From contig OZ024743.1 of assembly GCA_964016885.1 (NCBI GenBank), forward strand, positions 258,106,001 to 258,170,000: 64,000 nt of DNA, in the 5' to 3' direction. Of the stretch, positions 13,330 through 26,831 are shown piece after piece (within the stretch, counting starts at the first letter, position 1; every line of letters starts with the position of its first letter). Source of the DNA: Eledone cirrhosa (taxonomy: Eukaryota). A program made the translations under genes and the position numbers. Below the pieces are notes generated by a model, which was not told where the DNA came from, searched no databases, and saw only the letters and a program-made list of their open reading frames with translations.

Positions 13330-13865
13330 ACACGTCAGTGTCCACCAGGGTTCTGTTCTTAGCCCTCTCCCCTTCATTATAGTTTTGCAGGCAATAACGG
13401 AGGAGTTTAAGACCGGATGTTCATAGGAACTCTTGTATGCGGATGATCTCGCATTTGTGGCTGGGTCCATGGTGGAACTAGAGGGGAGATTCCGGGCATG
13501 GAAGTGGGGTCTAGAAGAAGGGGGTCTCGGGGTCAACCTGGAAGGGAGTGGGGTTCTTGTGGGTGGACGAGGGAGCGGAGCCCGGAATCTTTCGGGGAGA
13601 TGGCCTTGCTTAGAATGTGGGGGAGGGGTGGGTGGGGACTCCATCCTCTGCCCCAAGTGCAAACGGTGTGTTCACGGCGCTGTGGTGGGATCTCGGGAGG
13701 TTTGACTAGGAGTGTGGGCTTCATGTGTGGCGGCTGTGCTGGGACAGCGGGCAGTGGGCGACCACGGGAGACGGGCGCCGCCGGGCTCTGTGGAGGCGGT
13801 GGATGGCTTCTGCTACCTAGGTGGCTGGGTTGGCAGCGGAGATGGGTGTTGGGAAAGTGCACTTT
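13330..13865 (+). pseudogene. RTE RT fragment with A-to-G hypermutation
   Basis: VHQGSVLSPL..YADDL..WPC..C..CPKCK..VH..YLG, colinear with the 35857-36798 ORF, with K/R/E/S/D>G, N>D and I>V replacements. Confidence 0.9.
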
Positions 13866-13962
13866 GTTGGTTATATATATATATATATATACCCTTCGTC
13901 TAAACCCATGCTAGCGTGGAAGATAGACGTTAAACGATGATGATGATGATATATATATATAC

Positions 13963-14049
<87 letters not shown>

Positions 14050-14052
<3 letters not shown>

Positions 14053-15167
14053 GGTATGGACGGCATTTGAAGACAGGTTTATGGTTTTAAAAAAATGCTT
14101 ATATAATAACAGAAAAAACTGTATTCTTGTAAAAATAACATAAACATAAAGCTAAATTATCAATTTAATAATTTCATTCAATAAAACCACCATAAGCATC
14201 AATAAGTGCCTCTACATGTGGTTGAAGTCATTTACAAGCTCGGATTAAGTGGTCCTTGTTCATATCGAACAGACTCGAACTATTGCGGCTTTCAAATAAT
14301 TTTTTGTGCTATGGTGGTGTTCATTGACATTTTTTCTCAATGATGCTCCACACATAGTAGTCCAGTGGATTGAGATCTGGAGAATTAGGAGGCCAAATGT
14401 TGGGGTTGAAGGGATCATGCAATTTTACAGCCATCCATTCTTGTGTCATTTGAGCCTTGTGTGATGGTGTCATGGTACAGAATCTTGTTGAAAGACTTAA
14501 GGCCTTCCATTGCGTACACTGTTGATCCAAGGCTTAACAACTTTATCCAGAACCTCAATATACGCAGCAGCATTCACCCTAAGGCCTTGTGGAAAAAGTG
14601 AGGAGGCATCACATGTCCTTCATTGCTAACAACACCAAAAACCATGACACTTGCAGGAAATTTTGTGTGCATTACTCTTGGAAACTCAGAAGGGTCTGCA
14701 CATAGCCACCTGTCATTTCTTCTGTTAGTTTTCTAGTCCTGGTCAAAGTTTTTCTCATCTGATTAAACGGTTTTCTTTTGTTTTTTCTGGCATGAATTGA
14801 CCTCATTGATTTTTCCTAGATTGTCATCAATGTTTTGTTTAACTTACTGAATAAATTCAGGTTCCTGATAGAATCAAAGCGTTCGAAATGTGTTTTACGT
14901 TTTGATACAGGTAATACGCTTCCATCTTCTTTCTCTAACTCACACTGAATCTTGTGGACAAAAGATCTTGCAACTTTCAGAAAACGAGAAATTTCTAAAT
15001 CACCATGCTTAGCCTTCAAAGCCACAATCACAACATGCCTTTTCATTTCATTAGTTTTCATTTCATAGTTATTTTCATTGTTATTTTCTGAAATAGAAGT
15101 TCAATAAAAATTAGGCAAATAAAATAAGGACTAAAACTGCATGTCCTCAAATACCACCCGCACCCTG
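14050..15167 (-). mobile_element. Decayed Tc1/mariner-superfamily transposon, maT (DD37D) type
   Basis: Degenerate ~28-bp TIRs flanked by TA. WPPNSPDLNPLDYYVW motif. 37 residues between the second and third Asp after removing a small insertion. Confidence 0.8.
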
Positions 15168-15218
15168 TATATATATACATATATACAATTATATATATAT
15201 TTATATATATATATATAT

Positions 15219-15516
15219 ATTGTTATACTTTAGGAGGGTCATGTTGCCAATAAGAAACACACGCACCAGTTGCTTTCACTTCAATTTATGATAATAAATT
15301 TATAAATTTAGGAATTTATAAATTTCTGGTTGGTTGGTTGGTTGGTTGGTTCCACAACCAGATAGTTGTTTATATATTGTCAGAGTTCTTTCGTCACACA
15401 TTCTGTGACCTCTTCAGTGACTGGAGATTTGTTTCTTTGTTTTTGTGCCTCTCCTTTGTTCTGTCCTACGCCATTTTGTTTCTAAAGAATCTTGCTAAAC
15501 AAATTCAGAAACGATA
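15219..15516 (-). mobile_element. PLE family A-related short arm plus inverted extension end (further fragments 4631-4710, 33805-34030)
   Basis: ttgttatactttaggagggtcatgttgcc... terminus, hammerhead, TA flanks. Confidence 0.7.
15379..15421 (-). ncRNA. Minimal type I hammerhead ribozyme
   Basis: GTCA-CTGAAGA-G-GTCACA/TGTGAC-GAAA-GAAC-TC-TGAC. Confidence 0.75.
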
Positions 15517-15588
15517 TATATATATATATACATATATATATACAAATATACATATATATATACAAATAAATAAATATATATATATATA

Positions 15589-16600
15589 GGTACAAGTAGG
15601 ACCCCGACGGCTGACCTCAAGCCGTTTCGAGGGCTAATTCTGGACTAAATGAAAATGTTTATCCTGGTAAATAAATAGCCGAACTTCTCAGGGGGTAATT
15701 CCATATATGGTAAAAATGATTGTCACAAGGATTGCTCAAAAGTTTGTTGTTGAGACACATGATTCTATCATGGCATTTTGTGGAAGGTAGGGGTAGCTGA
15801 ACTTGCCAGTAGAAGAAAAAGGGAGAGGGAGTGGAGGAAACCCAGTCGAGCGTTGAAAGTGACAACTACAGCAGATTCTAAGGATAGAAGGTCGAAAAAA
15901 GTATACTAGAGAAGAGGAGGGGGGAGGAAGTCGAAACAATAAGTAAATCTATATGGAGTAAATATATAGAAAAATATTAAAAATATTAAAAATATTTAAA
16001 AAAAAACAATTTCTGGTTACTATTCCCCTTCCACAATCACCAAATCTCTCACTGGTACTGCTAAGCTATAGAAAAGTTTAATAGGTGTGGCGGAATACTA
16101 AATACGAGATTGTAGTGAAAGAATTTTATGAGTTAGTAGTAATCGGCCAGATCTATCTTACAATGACAGGTCAACAAGTAGGGGGCCAAAATACTAAAAA
16201 AAAAAAAGAAAGAAAAAAAAAAACCAATACGAAATAATAATTTAGAGTCCCGAAACTAATACGAAATATTAATTCAGAATCCCGAAACATGAATACTAAT
16301 ACGATATATATAAGTACTGCTACAATACATAAATTCTAATCCAATCTACATAAATGCTCGTACAATATATATGAAAAACTAATACGAAGAATTAATTCAG
16401 AATCCCCCCCCCCCCCCAAAAAAATACTGATATACGAGATAGACCCCAGATACTTGCTTTCTTCTCTGATTGCTGCCCCATTTCCGTGATTTCTAGATTT
16501 CTTAGTGGTATTTCTGCTTTAGTTTCTTGTATATCAGTATTTGGGGAGGGGGGGGGGGATTCTGAATTAATTTTTCGTATTAGTTTTTCATATATATAGT
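15589..16600 (-). mobile_element. Diverged relative of the 49.6-57.4 kb PLE: 3'UTR arm with fold-back
   Basis: 15589-15860 aligns to 49693-49950. Hammerhead 15602-15695. Inverted arms about 16365-16435/16527-16598. Confidence 0.75.
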
Positions 16601-16625
16601 AATAATAATATATTTGAAGATTAAA

Positions 16626-16680
<55 letters not shown>

Positions 16681-16695
16681 TATATATATATATAT

Positions 16696-17470
16696 AAACG
16701 GAAAAAATGAAACGAAATTTCATTTCTCACTCTTAGTACAGCTGTTACTTAAATATAAATATGTATACGTACATACATATATGTATACAGACGTACAGTA
16801 GTATGTATATATATATACATACATGCACACATATATATATATGTACGTATGAATTCACCGAACATTTATATAAGCTTGAAGCTAGTACAGCGTTCCTTTG
16901 TCAGTGTTGAACAAATGAGCAACGATGGTTGCTAGACACTGTACGGCTTAATTCGGGATGTTTGTTTACAAACACACCGAGCATTATAATAAATGTTCGG
17001 TGAATCCATACGTACGTATATATATGTGTGCATGTATGTATATATATATTCATACTACTGTACGTCTGTATACATATATATATGTACGTATACATACTTA
17101 TATTTAAGTAACAGCCGTACTAAGAGTGAGAAATGAAATTTCGTTTCATTTTTTCCGTTTATCGTTTTCGGTACCCCGCCGATTAACTCACTCGATATGC
17201 AAATTAGGCTGCTCAGCCGTTAATATGCATAAGGAAAGTATATACTTTCAGACGTTCAACCATCTGGCAGGAAGGTATACGTTGCTGACGATATCTAATA
17301 AGCTTAAAACTAGTACAGCGTTCCTTTGTCAGTGTTGAACAAATGAGCAAAGATGGTTGCTAGACACTGTCCGGCTTAATTCGGGATGTTTGTTTACAAA
17401 CACACCGAGCATTATAATAAATGTTCTGTGAATCCATACGTACATATATATATGTGTGCATGTATGTATA
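16696..17470 (+). mobile_element. Non-coding hammerhead-bearing tandem unit (family E, 428-nt period) with inverted arm
   Basis: 16871-17040 repeats at 17299-17468. 16696-16868 is inverted relative to 16989-17161. Hammerhead 17281-17319 (GAAA mutated to AAAA). Relative at 59202-60680. Confidence 0.8.
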
Positions 17471-17532
17471 TATATATATATATACACACATATATATATA
17501 TACAATTATATATATATATATACAATTATATA

Positions 17533-18802
17533 TATTGTTATACTTGGGGAGGGTCATATTGTTGTAATAATATTGCCAGAATTAATAACAGAACACACTC
17601 ACTCTTTGGTTGGTTTTCGCTTCTGTATCTTTTATATCAGTTAATTTATTCGGTCCTCAATGTTTACCATTGACTGACCAACGGTCAAAAATACAGATAT
17701 AATATAGACACAAACACATATATATAGTCTAACAAAGTTCTTTCGTTGCATATCTGCAATATCTTCAGTGGTGCTATTATGTTTCCTCCTGTTGTATTTT
17801 ATGTCTACGCCATCTCTATTTAATTTGTTTATTTATTTATGTTTGTCTTCTTCTCTGCGCATGCGTTTGCGTGTGTGTATAGTGTTTGGTGAATGTTCGC
17901 GTTTGGGTGACTGTGTTTTGGTTATTGTATTCTATCTTAGTTTAGTAGTGTGTGTTTATATGTGTTTGTTGTTATTGTACTTGTGTATATATTTATTTAT
18001 TTATTTATATGTCTCTTAGGTCAGTATTGTTTGTTTGGGTGTTGTTGTTATTCCATTCATTTTTTTCTGTTTAGCTTTGGCCTTCTAAGTTCTATTTCAC
18101 TTGCCTCTCTGATTTGCCTATCTGCTGGGTCATTTCTATGTTTAGATATTATTTTAATTTCTATGTTGTCTACGTTACCGTCATGTTGTTGTCTGGCGTG
18201 TTCGTATAGTACTGAACCTTTTTTTGGTCCTTTTAGCCCCCCCCCCCCCCCCCACCACCACCAGTGTTGGTCTATCCTTTCACCTATGCAACGAGCTGTC
18301 TCGCCGATGTATGTTGTTGTCATGTTTCTGCAAGTACCCTCTGTACATCTTCTGCTATAGACTACGTTTCTAGTTTTACAATTTATCTGGGGGTTTACTT
18401 TACATATAATACATTTCCTATTAGTACAGTGGGTTTTCTTAAAAGGGTGTGTTTTGCTGATCAGTGATTGTATGGTAGTTCCTGGCTTTGGTCCACCTTC
18501 CCATGAGAATCTTTTTTGCCATTGAGGTTATGGTGGGGGGTCTACCACTTATGGGTCTACTAGGGCAGAAACGGCTACGGTCATGGCTGTCTAGGGAATC
18601 AGTGTTATAGGTAAGTCTAAGTAGGAGGCCCAGTTCGTATGTGTCAACGTCGCGGAACTCCACCTCACTCTCACTAATCATCTCCACACATTTTTCCACA
18701 GCAAAATCAATGTTAATGGATGGGTATAGTGATACCACATCCATACTGCCTATTATGCAGTTAGATACACAATTTCATATCAAAAACCTCGCAAAACCAA
18801 TT
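17533..18802 (-). mobile_element. Decayed, internally deleted PLE (family A): RT fragment, GIY-YIG, 3'UTR
   Basis: [11 protein letters not shown] (~18750-18715); TYIGETARCIGERIDQH..LYEHARQQH..RQIREASEI..PKLNRK (18057-18323); hammerhead core at ~17741-17768. Confidence 0.8.
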
Positions 18803-18812
18803 ATATATATAC

Positions 18813-18890
<78 letters not shown>

Positions 18891-19029
18891 TACAATTATA
18901 TATATATATATATATATATATACAATTACAATTATATATATATATATACAATTATATATATATATATATATATATATACAATTATATACAATTATATATA
19001 TATATATATATATACAATTATATATATAC

Positions 19030-20210
<1,181 letters not shown>

Positions 20211-20309
20211 ATATATATATATATCGCATTTCGCATTTCGGAGGGTAGAATCGCATTTCGGCGGGTAAAAGCGAAACGTAACACAAATTCCGAGTCATAT
20301 ATATATATA

Positions 20310-21150
20310 TATAAAGTTGTAGTTCCTGTCTGTTTGTTCACAAACTCCTCCTATGGTTTTGGAGATAGACCCCCATAACCATATATATTCTGAAACTATA
20401 TTGCGCAGCGTACTTGATTAATTATATTTCATTTCAATCAACGGTTCCCTGGTGGCACAAGCTCCTGCTGAATACCTTTTCCCTTCGATTTATATGAAAT
20501 TTAAACCATAAGTAAATGATAAGATATGATGCTGATTCACAAAGTTTCAGCAAATTTCAATATTAAGACACCTAATGGAGGTTAAACCCCCTACTAGGGT
20601 TCCCCAGGGGCACAAACCCCCCTGAAAAATTTTTCATTTCGATTTATATGAAATGTAAACCATAGGTAAATGACAAGATATGATGCCTATTCACAAAAGT
20701 TTTGAATTGATATTTTGAAAAGAAACAAAATAAGAATAAGATTTAATAATGTAATTTTGATTTGATATATTACAAGAAATGTTTTCCAATTTTCCATGCA
20801 TTACATTTTACATTTTGTAAAGATGGCTGTATTTGTTTATTTTATATATTTGTGTGTATGTGACTTGGAAACTCTGTTAAAATTCTATTTATCAGCCATT
20901 AAGTGCATTCTTAAAGATAGGTTTTGCTTTCTCCATATCTCCAAAATTATGTCAAATATTATATGTAACGGCTTGAATGATAGTGAAAGCTCTCACTTTT
21001 CGTAAAGATGGCTGTATTTGTTTATTTTATATATTTGTGTGTATGTGACTTGGAAACTCTGTTAAAATTCTATGTATCAGCCATTACGGTTCTCACTTCT
21101 CACACACCCCAACCTATTCGGCATACATGCCCGATGCTGTATGCTAACCA
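20310..21150 (+). mobile_element. Probable non-autonomous Helitron-like element with internal duplications
   Basis: 5' ctgtctgtttg tract after a TA run; 3' hairpin gcatac...gtatgc; direct repeats ~20444-20545/20600-20700 and 20817-20901/21002-21086. Confidence 0.4.
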
Positions 21151-21349
21151 CTACCTCGTGAATATATCATAGAACAGACAAGGGGCAGACGGAGGCTCCG
21201 TAAGCCACAATGTAGGCAACTCGTCTAGGACAGCTACCACTCCAAATAAATTGGTGCGGGGTAGGGAAGTCCAGTAAGACAAATTCCCTAGTGCTGGTGG
21301 CATGAATAAAAACACCCAGTCTATGCTGTAAAATGGAGGGGTGGATAGG

Positions 21350-21800
21350 GCCCCTGTGTACGAAAGGACAGTTATATGATGCCTGTGTGAGACATGGGCA
21401 GAAACTTCAAAAGATATGTGACAGCTGGAGAGAAATGAGGCAAGTATGCTCTGTTGGATGTGCAATGCCAATGTGCATGAACGACCAAGCATAGACGAGT
21501 TGAGAAAGAAACTGGGTATAAGAGGGATAAGTTGTGGTGTGCAGGAGAGAAGGCTGAGATGGTATGGACATGTGATGCGCATGGAGCATGACCGCTGGGT
21601 AAAGAAGTGCCAAGAAATCCCAGTAGAAGGAATATGCAGTAGAGGTAGTCCGCGAAAAACATGGGCAGAGGTGGTGAGAGCAGACCTCATATCGCTGAAA
21701 CTCACTGAGGAGATGACGAAGGACCGTGACAAGTGGAGAGATGCTGTGCTGAATAGGACCCATCCAACCCAAGCGGACGTAAAATTATGATGATGATGAT
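21350..21800 (+). mobile_element. RTE LINE 3' fragment, second subfamily (3' piece also at 26281-26450, minus)
   Basis: MLCWMCN..ERRLRWYGHVMRM..GSPRKTW; (GAT)n tail. Confidence 0.85.
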
Positions 21801-21815
21801 ATATATACAAATATA

Positions 21816-22852
21816 TAACGAAGGAAGTGTGGTAAGGAACCAGGTGGAGTAAGGAACATAACGCACTAGAGTACTCGATACTTTGGGTAGTAGAGTGGGT
21901 AATAGGGAAAGAGTCAAGACCCCGATGGCTGAGCTCCGGCCGTTTCGTTTTGACTTCTAGTTCTGAACTGATGCAGTATTGTTAGCACAGCAGTAGTTTG
22001 GCTGAACTTATCAAGGGGGTAATTCTATATATGGGCATGCACTCCTGTCAAACAGTTCTCAAAGTTGTTTTTATCAGGGGAGTGGTCAAAGTTTTTGTAA
22101 ACACAGTTAAATTCCTTCATAGAGGCGGGTGGGGGTGGTGGTGGCTGAACTTGCCTGTAGAACAAGGGGAGGGAGTAATATGACAATCTGACCTGTGGAT
22201 GTAAGCTGGTCATGCATTAAGAGGGAATTCTATACTGCTATCTATAATAAGGGTTAGGGAACTTATGATGAATAAAGAAATTGTGGAACTAATCGTTGGC
22301 TAGGAGGCAAAGCAAATAGAATTTGATACAAAATTCCAAATTAATAAAATCTATAAAATTTTAGCAAATAGAATTTGATACAAAATTCCAAACACAGAAT
22401 GCATAGGGCATACCTTACCTTCAAACCCCCTCACGACCCGAGTGGGTAGACAACGGCTGTAACATCTTTTCCTATCTGCCTACTAAGATAGAGGAAACCT
22501 CAGAATACTTAAGTAGAAGTAACAATTTTCTTTCTTCTTCTTTCTTACTTTCTTCCCCTCCCTCTCCTCTTACTTTCCTTCTTACTTCATTAGTTGCACC
22601 CTCATTTACACTTAGGCGGCCCATCGCTTATTTTCAGCCTCATTCTTCCTTTGATTAACCCTAGTATCTCCACCCCTGTTGTATCTATATAGCACTGGCT
22701 GACAATATAGCCGGTGTTTCCTCCTTTTTTGGCGGAGTGCATCATTACGGATGATATTGATAATTTACCATTATGAGATGATGGATGATGTTATAGTATT
22801 TTGGATGAACTAATAACTAAATATTGTAGATTTTATTAATTTGGAATTTTGT
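21816..22852 (-). mobile_element. Third diverged relative of the intact PLE: long-arm end with hammerhead (21920-22018, core TTGATAA)
   Basis: aacgaaggaagtgtggtaaggaaccaggtgg terminus matches 49612. Short inverted piece ~22327-22363/22815-22852. Confidence 0.7.
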
Positions 22853-22940
22853 CTCCCGACCCACCTTGCCTCTAAATGGGACTCATCTAACCTATGGTAC
22901 CATGGAAGATGGGCGTTAATCGATGATGATGATATATGTA

Positions 22941-23016
<76 letters not shown>

Positions 23017-23239
23017 CACACACACACATGTATATGTGATACATATATATCATCATCATTTTACGTCCACTTTTACCTGCTTGCAAGGGTGGGACGGGAA
23101 CTGATTCTGGCTTCATTTCTACAGCTGGATACCTTTCCTAACACCAACCTCATTTACAGTGAGTGCTGGGTGCTTTTTTTCCGTGGCACCTCCACAATCA
23201 CTTTGCAGTAGAATGATATGGACTCCAGTCCCTATCATC

Positions 23240-23362
23240 TCATTTCTACAGCTGAGTAAACTGGAGCAATGTGAAATAAAGTGTCTTGCTCAAGGAAACA
23301 ACACATCACCCGGTCTGAGAATTGAACTCACAACCTTTCAATTGCAAGGCCAATGCTCTATA
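23240..23362 (-). mobile_element. tRNA-derived SINE (similar copy ~31240-31385)
   Basis: B-box-like GAGTTCAATTC followed by tccttgagcaagacacttt..ttgctccagtttactcagctg. Confidence 0.65.
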
Positions 23363-23384
23363 GTTTTATTATTATTTGGCAGAG

Positions 23385-23590
23385 GGTGGTGAATTGGCAG
23401 TATCGGTAGAGGGTTGGACGCCATGCTTTGACGCATAGAGTTACGATCCTTGCCATTCTGAGTTCAAATCCCGCTGAGGTTAACTTTGCCTTTGATCCTT
23501 ACGGGGTCGATAAAATAAAGTACCAGTAATGCACTGGCCTTGTACCAGTAATGCTGGCCTTGTGCCAAAAGTAGAAACAATTATTATGAT
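23385..23590 (+). mobile_element. tRNA-derived SINE with Nin-like central domain (also ~44500-44640, minus)
   Basis: GAGTTCAAATCC B box; actttgcctttgatccttacggggtcgataaaataaagtaccag; matches 47649-47830. Confidence 0.75.
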
Positions 23591-24145
23591 AATAATATGT
23601 CTTTGTGTGCATATAGATATATATATATATCCAGGGAGTGTAACTTGGAGTTACTGTAGGTTCACCCGGGCGAGCACTGGATGTTTAGGTTCACTTCAGT
23701 GTCGAGGTGTAGAGCTATACAGAGTGTATTATAGTTAAATAAGATAACAAGGACGATTGGTTACTCCTTCATTATGTTTATTGGTTGGTGACGCTCGTTT
23801 CGCCACTGACCAGCTCAAGGTTCGATCTGTACAGAAATTTCTGTCCACACATTATACCATACAGATGCCCACTATATATGTCTTTGTTGAAGATATATGT
23901 TCTTTGGAAAAACATTTTTCGTGGCAATTTCGAGCACGCATGATCAGCTTGATTGAGGCATGACCTCAATGCTGACATTTCTCTTTGACAGGGAGGTAGT
24001 AGCACATTATAAGCTTGCGCCCCCTCACCAGATGGTCATAAGTAGACTTAATAATCAACACTTGAGGGCGGCCGACCGAGGTAGAAGCTGCTCTGATTTT
24101 CAGCCCCATGGAATTTAACTGTTATATTCCTTTGTTATATTTTGA

Positions 24146-24203
24146 ATACCTGATGATGTCACCGGATTCATACTGAACCTGGTCATTGAAATGATCATAG
24201 TAT
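24146..24203 (+). ncRNA. Minimal type I hammerhead ribozyme in a PLE-like remnant (~23630-24255)
   Basis: ATAC-CTGATGA-stem II-GAAA-TGATCA-TA-GTAT, then AATAAA. Confidence 0.75.
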
Positions 24204-24279
24204 AATAAACCTTTCAAGGATTTACACCAGTCCAGCCTCCTGTTATTTTATAATATATATATATATAGATATGTGTGTC

Positions 24280-24329
<50 letters not shown>

Positions 24330-25490
24330 CATACATACACACACATTATTATTATAATAAAACTATTATAATAAAATAAGACTAGGCCATGCAATTTCAC
24401 AGTTTTTTTAATACTTTTTTAATACTAAACTGCCTGAAACTGCCACATGTTCTATGATACAAAGCTGTTTATTTGTAAATGTTTATCATCATCATCATCA
24501 TCATTTACTATTTTTCTTCCTTGCTAGCAAAAGCCAAATCTGTTTTTGCAGACTAAGTCAGTACTCAAGCAAAACTTCTAACTTCTCAAATAATCCAGGG
24601 AGACAAAGTCAGGTTCGTCAGATGGTCTTTGAAGACCAATTCAGTACTCAAGCTAAGCTACTGATTTCTCAGATAGGCTGTGGATTAGATGGGTCTTTTC
24701 AGACAAAGTCATTACTCAAGTGAAGCTACTGATCTTTGAGATAGGATGGAACTCTATATCTATCTTACATATATACCTGCACTCTGCTGTGTGTATTTTA
24801 CCACAGCATTAGGGTGGTTGTCATGTCTTTGACACAGCTGAAAAGTTCTTCCAACCTTTTGTATGGCAGGTTTTCTACTGCTGGATGCCCATCTTATCAC
24901 CAAACCTTAACAGTATGTACCGGGCACATTTATCCTGTAGATCAACAACTGTATATTTATCTAAACACCATCTATCATAATTTTATGTAAGAGCATTTGT
25001 TAAGATGTTAGAAATACTGGCTTAATAATGAAATAGGTAGTTATTTTATTAAATCCAAATTCTTGATTATTTTCAAAGCTATTAGAAAATTATAGACAGT
25101 GACTTTAATCAGAAATATGGTAATGGAAGGGTTAACGTATACTCAAAGAGGTTTTTCCATTGCTGATACTATCTGTCAGCTGCACTTCTTGGCAAAAGTA
25201 TCACTGCCTGAGTAGATAGCACCGTAGTGTACAGATATTACAGTACTGATGTGATATTACAATGCTGTAGAGATACATTATAAAACCTTAGTGATATTGT
25301 ACTGGTGTATATTAAAGTGGTGTAGAGAATTAAGTATGTATGGACCTGCAATTTGTAATGGAATCATATGCATATCATCATTAGCACTTTAAATCTAGCA
25401 GAGCCCATCCCCTCTACTGGTGTAGATATATATTACAGTGGTGTATGTATACATATATATATATTAGAGTAATATATATATATATATATT

Positions 25491-26225
25491 ACTAGCAGAA
25501 TGGCCCGGTGTTGCTCGGGATTTGCTCTAGGGTTCTTATATATTTGATATATATTTATCCTTATCGAGCCTTGTGAAATAAATACGCTTGTTTATATTTT
25601 GTTATTGTGTATGCAAAAATATCTGACAGTGATGCATGTGATTATGTAATAACCAACCATGTTTGTTTATATTTTGTTTTTTGTGTATGCGAAAATATCT
25701 GTACACGAATATCTATATTAAAATAACATATTAAAGTTTAAACAAAGAATCGCTGCTTTCATCTTTAACGGGATCTTCTGAAACTAAAAAAATCAATCTG
25801 TGAACACAGAAGTAAATATTTCGAAAAATGTTGCAACCGAAGGAAAACAGGAAGACGATACTTTGGTTTGTGAAGGCATTCCCTGGCATAAGAATATATA
25901 TATACACACACACACTATATATACATATATACACACACACACTGATCATGACATAAGGACGTAATGTAGACAGCCAGACATACAGACATATTATAAGGGC
26001 GCAACGTTATATCTATGTATCTATCTAAAAAGAAAGACTAAGAATTATCGAGAGAGATCGATAAATCGCCTAATGCGGTCGCTAGGGCATTGAAAATTTG
26101 AAATTTCTTTTGCTCAAAACACTCACAGGACCATAAGTATTACATGTGCAAAGTTTGAAAACAATCGGTTAGGTGGTTCTTGGGTTTTAGTGAGCTGACA
26201 GACAGACAAACAAACAGATATTCTC

Positions 26226-26232
<7 letters not shown>
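25491..26232 (-). mobile_element. Non-autonomous Helitron-like element (Lep1-like layout)
   Basis: ACTAG terminus next to GC-rich cccggtgttgctcggg hairpin; other end tgtgcaaagtttgaaaacaatcgg...gacagacagacaaacaaacaga. Internal pieces recur at 10288-10380 and 13075-13150. Confidence 0.6.
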
Positions 26233-26264
<32 letters not shown>

Positions 26265-26831
26265 TGTGTATATATATATATCATCATCATCATCATTATT
26301 TTACGTCCGCTCTTCCCTGCTTGCAAGGGTTGGACGGGTCCTATTCAGCACAGCATCTCTCCACTTGTCACGGTCCTTTGTCATCTCCTCAGTGAGCTTC
26401 AGTGATCTATGGTCTGCTCTCACCACCTCCGCCCATGTTTTACGTGGTCAACCTATATATTATACATATATATATAAAGGATATAGATATATTAACCCAT
26501 ACTAGCATGGAAAAATGGATGTTAAACAGTGATGATGAGGATTACTCTGGTGTATATATATACTAGGATTTCTTTCTCCATGCTGACACATATGTGTAAA
26601 TGTATGTGCATATGCATACATTTATATGTATGAGTATATAGATATAAACTTGCAAACACAGACACACTTGCAAAATTACACTCACAGACATACATTTCAA
26701 GAAACACACACACACACACATTGAGTGATGGACAGATGGAAGTCACTCAAATTTATAAATAGATTGCAGAAGTGTAGATATATATATATTAGAGGGATGT
26801 AGATATATCCTATTAATAAAGGATTACTACA

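Noticed and set aside
18236-18262. G-rich WWWWGGGGG stretch in the family A nuclease as a second editing tract
   Set aside because: A local homopolymer expansion; neighbouring As are intact.
23757-24005. Possible GIY-YIG remnant upstream of the 24146 hammerhead
   Set aside because: Motifs too degenerate to call.
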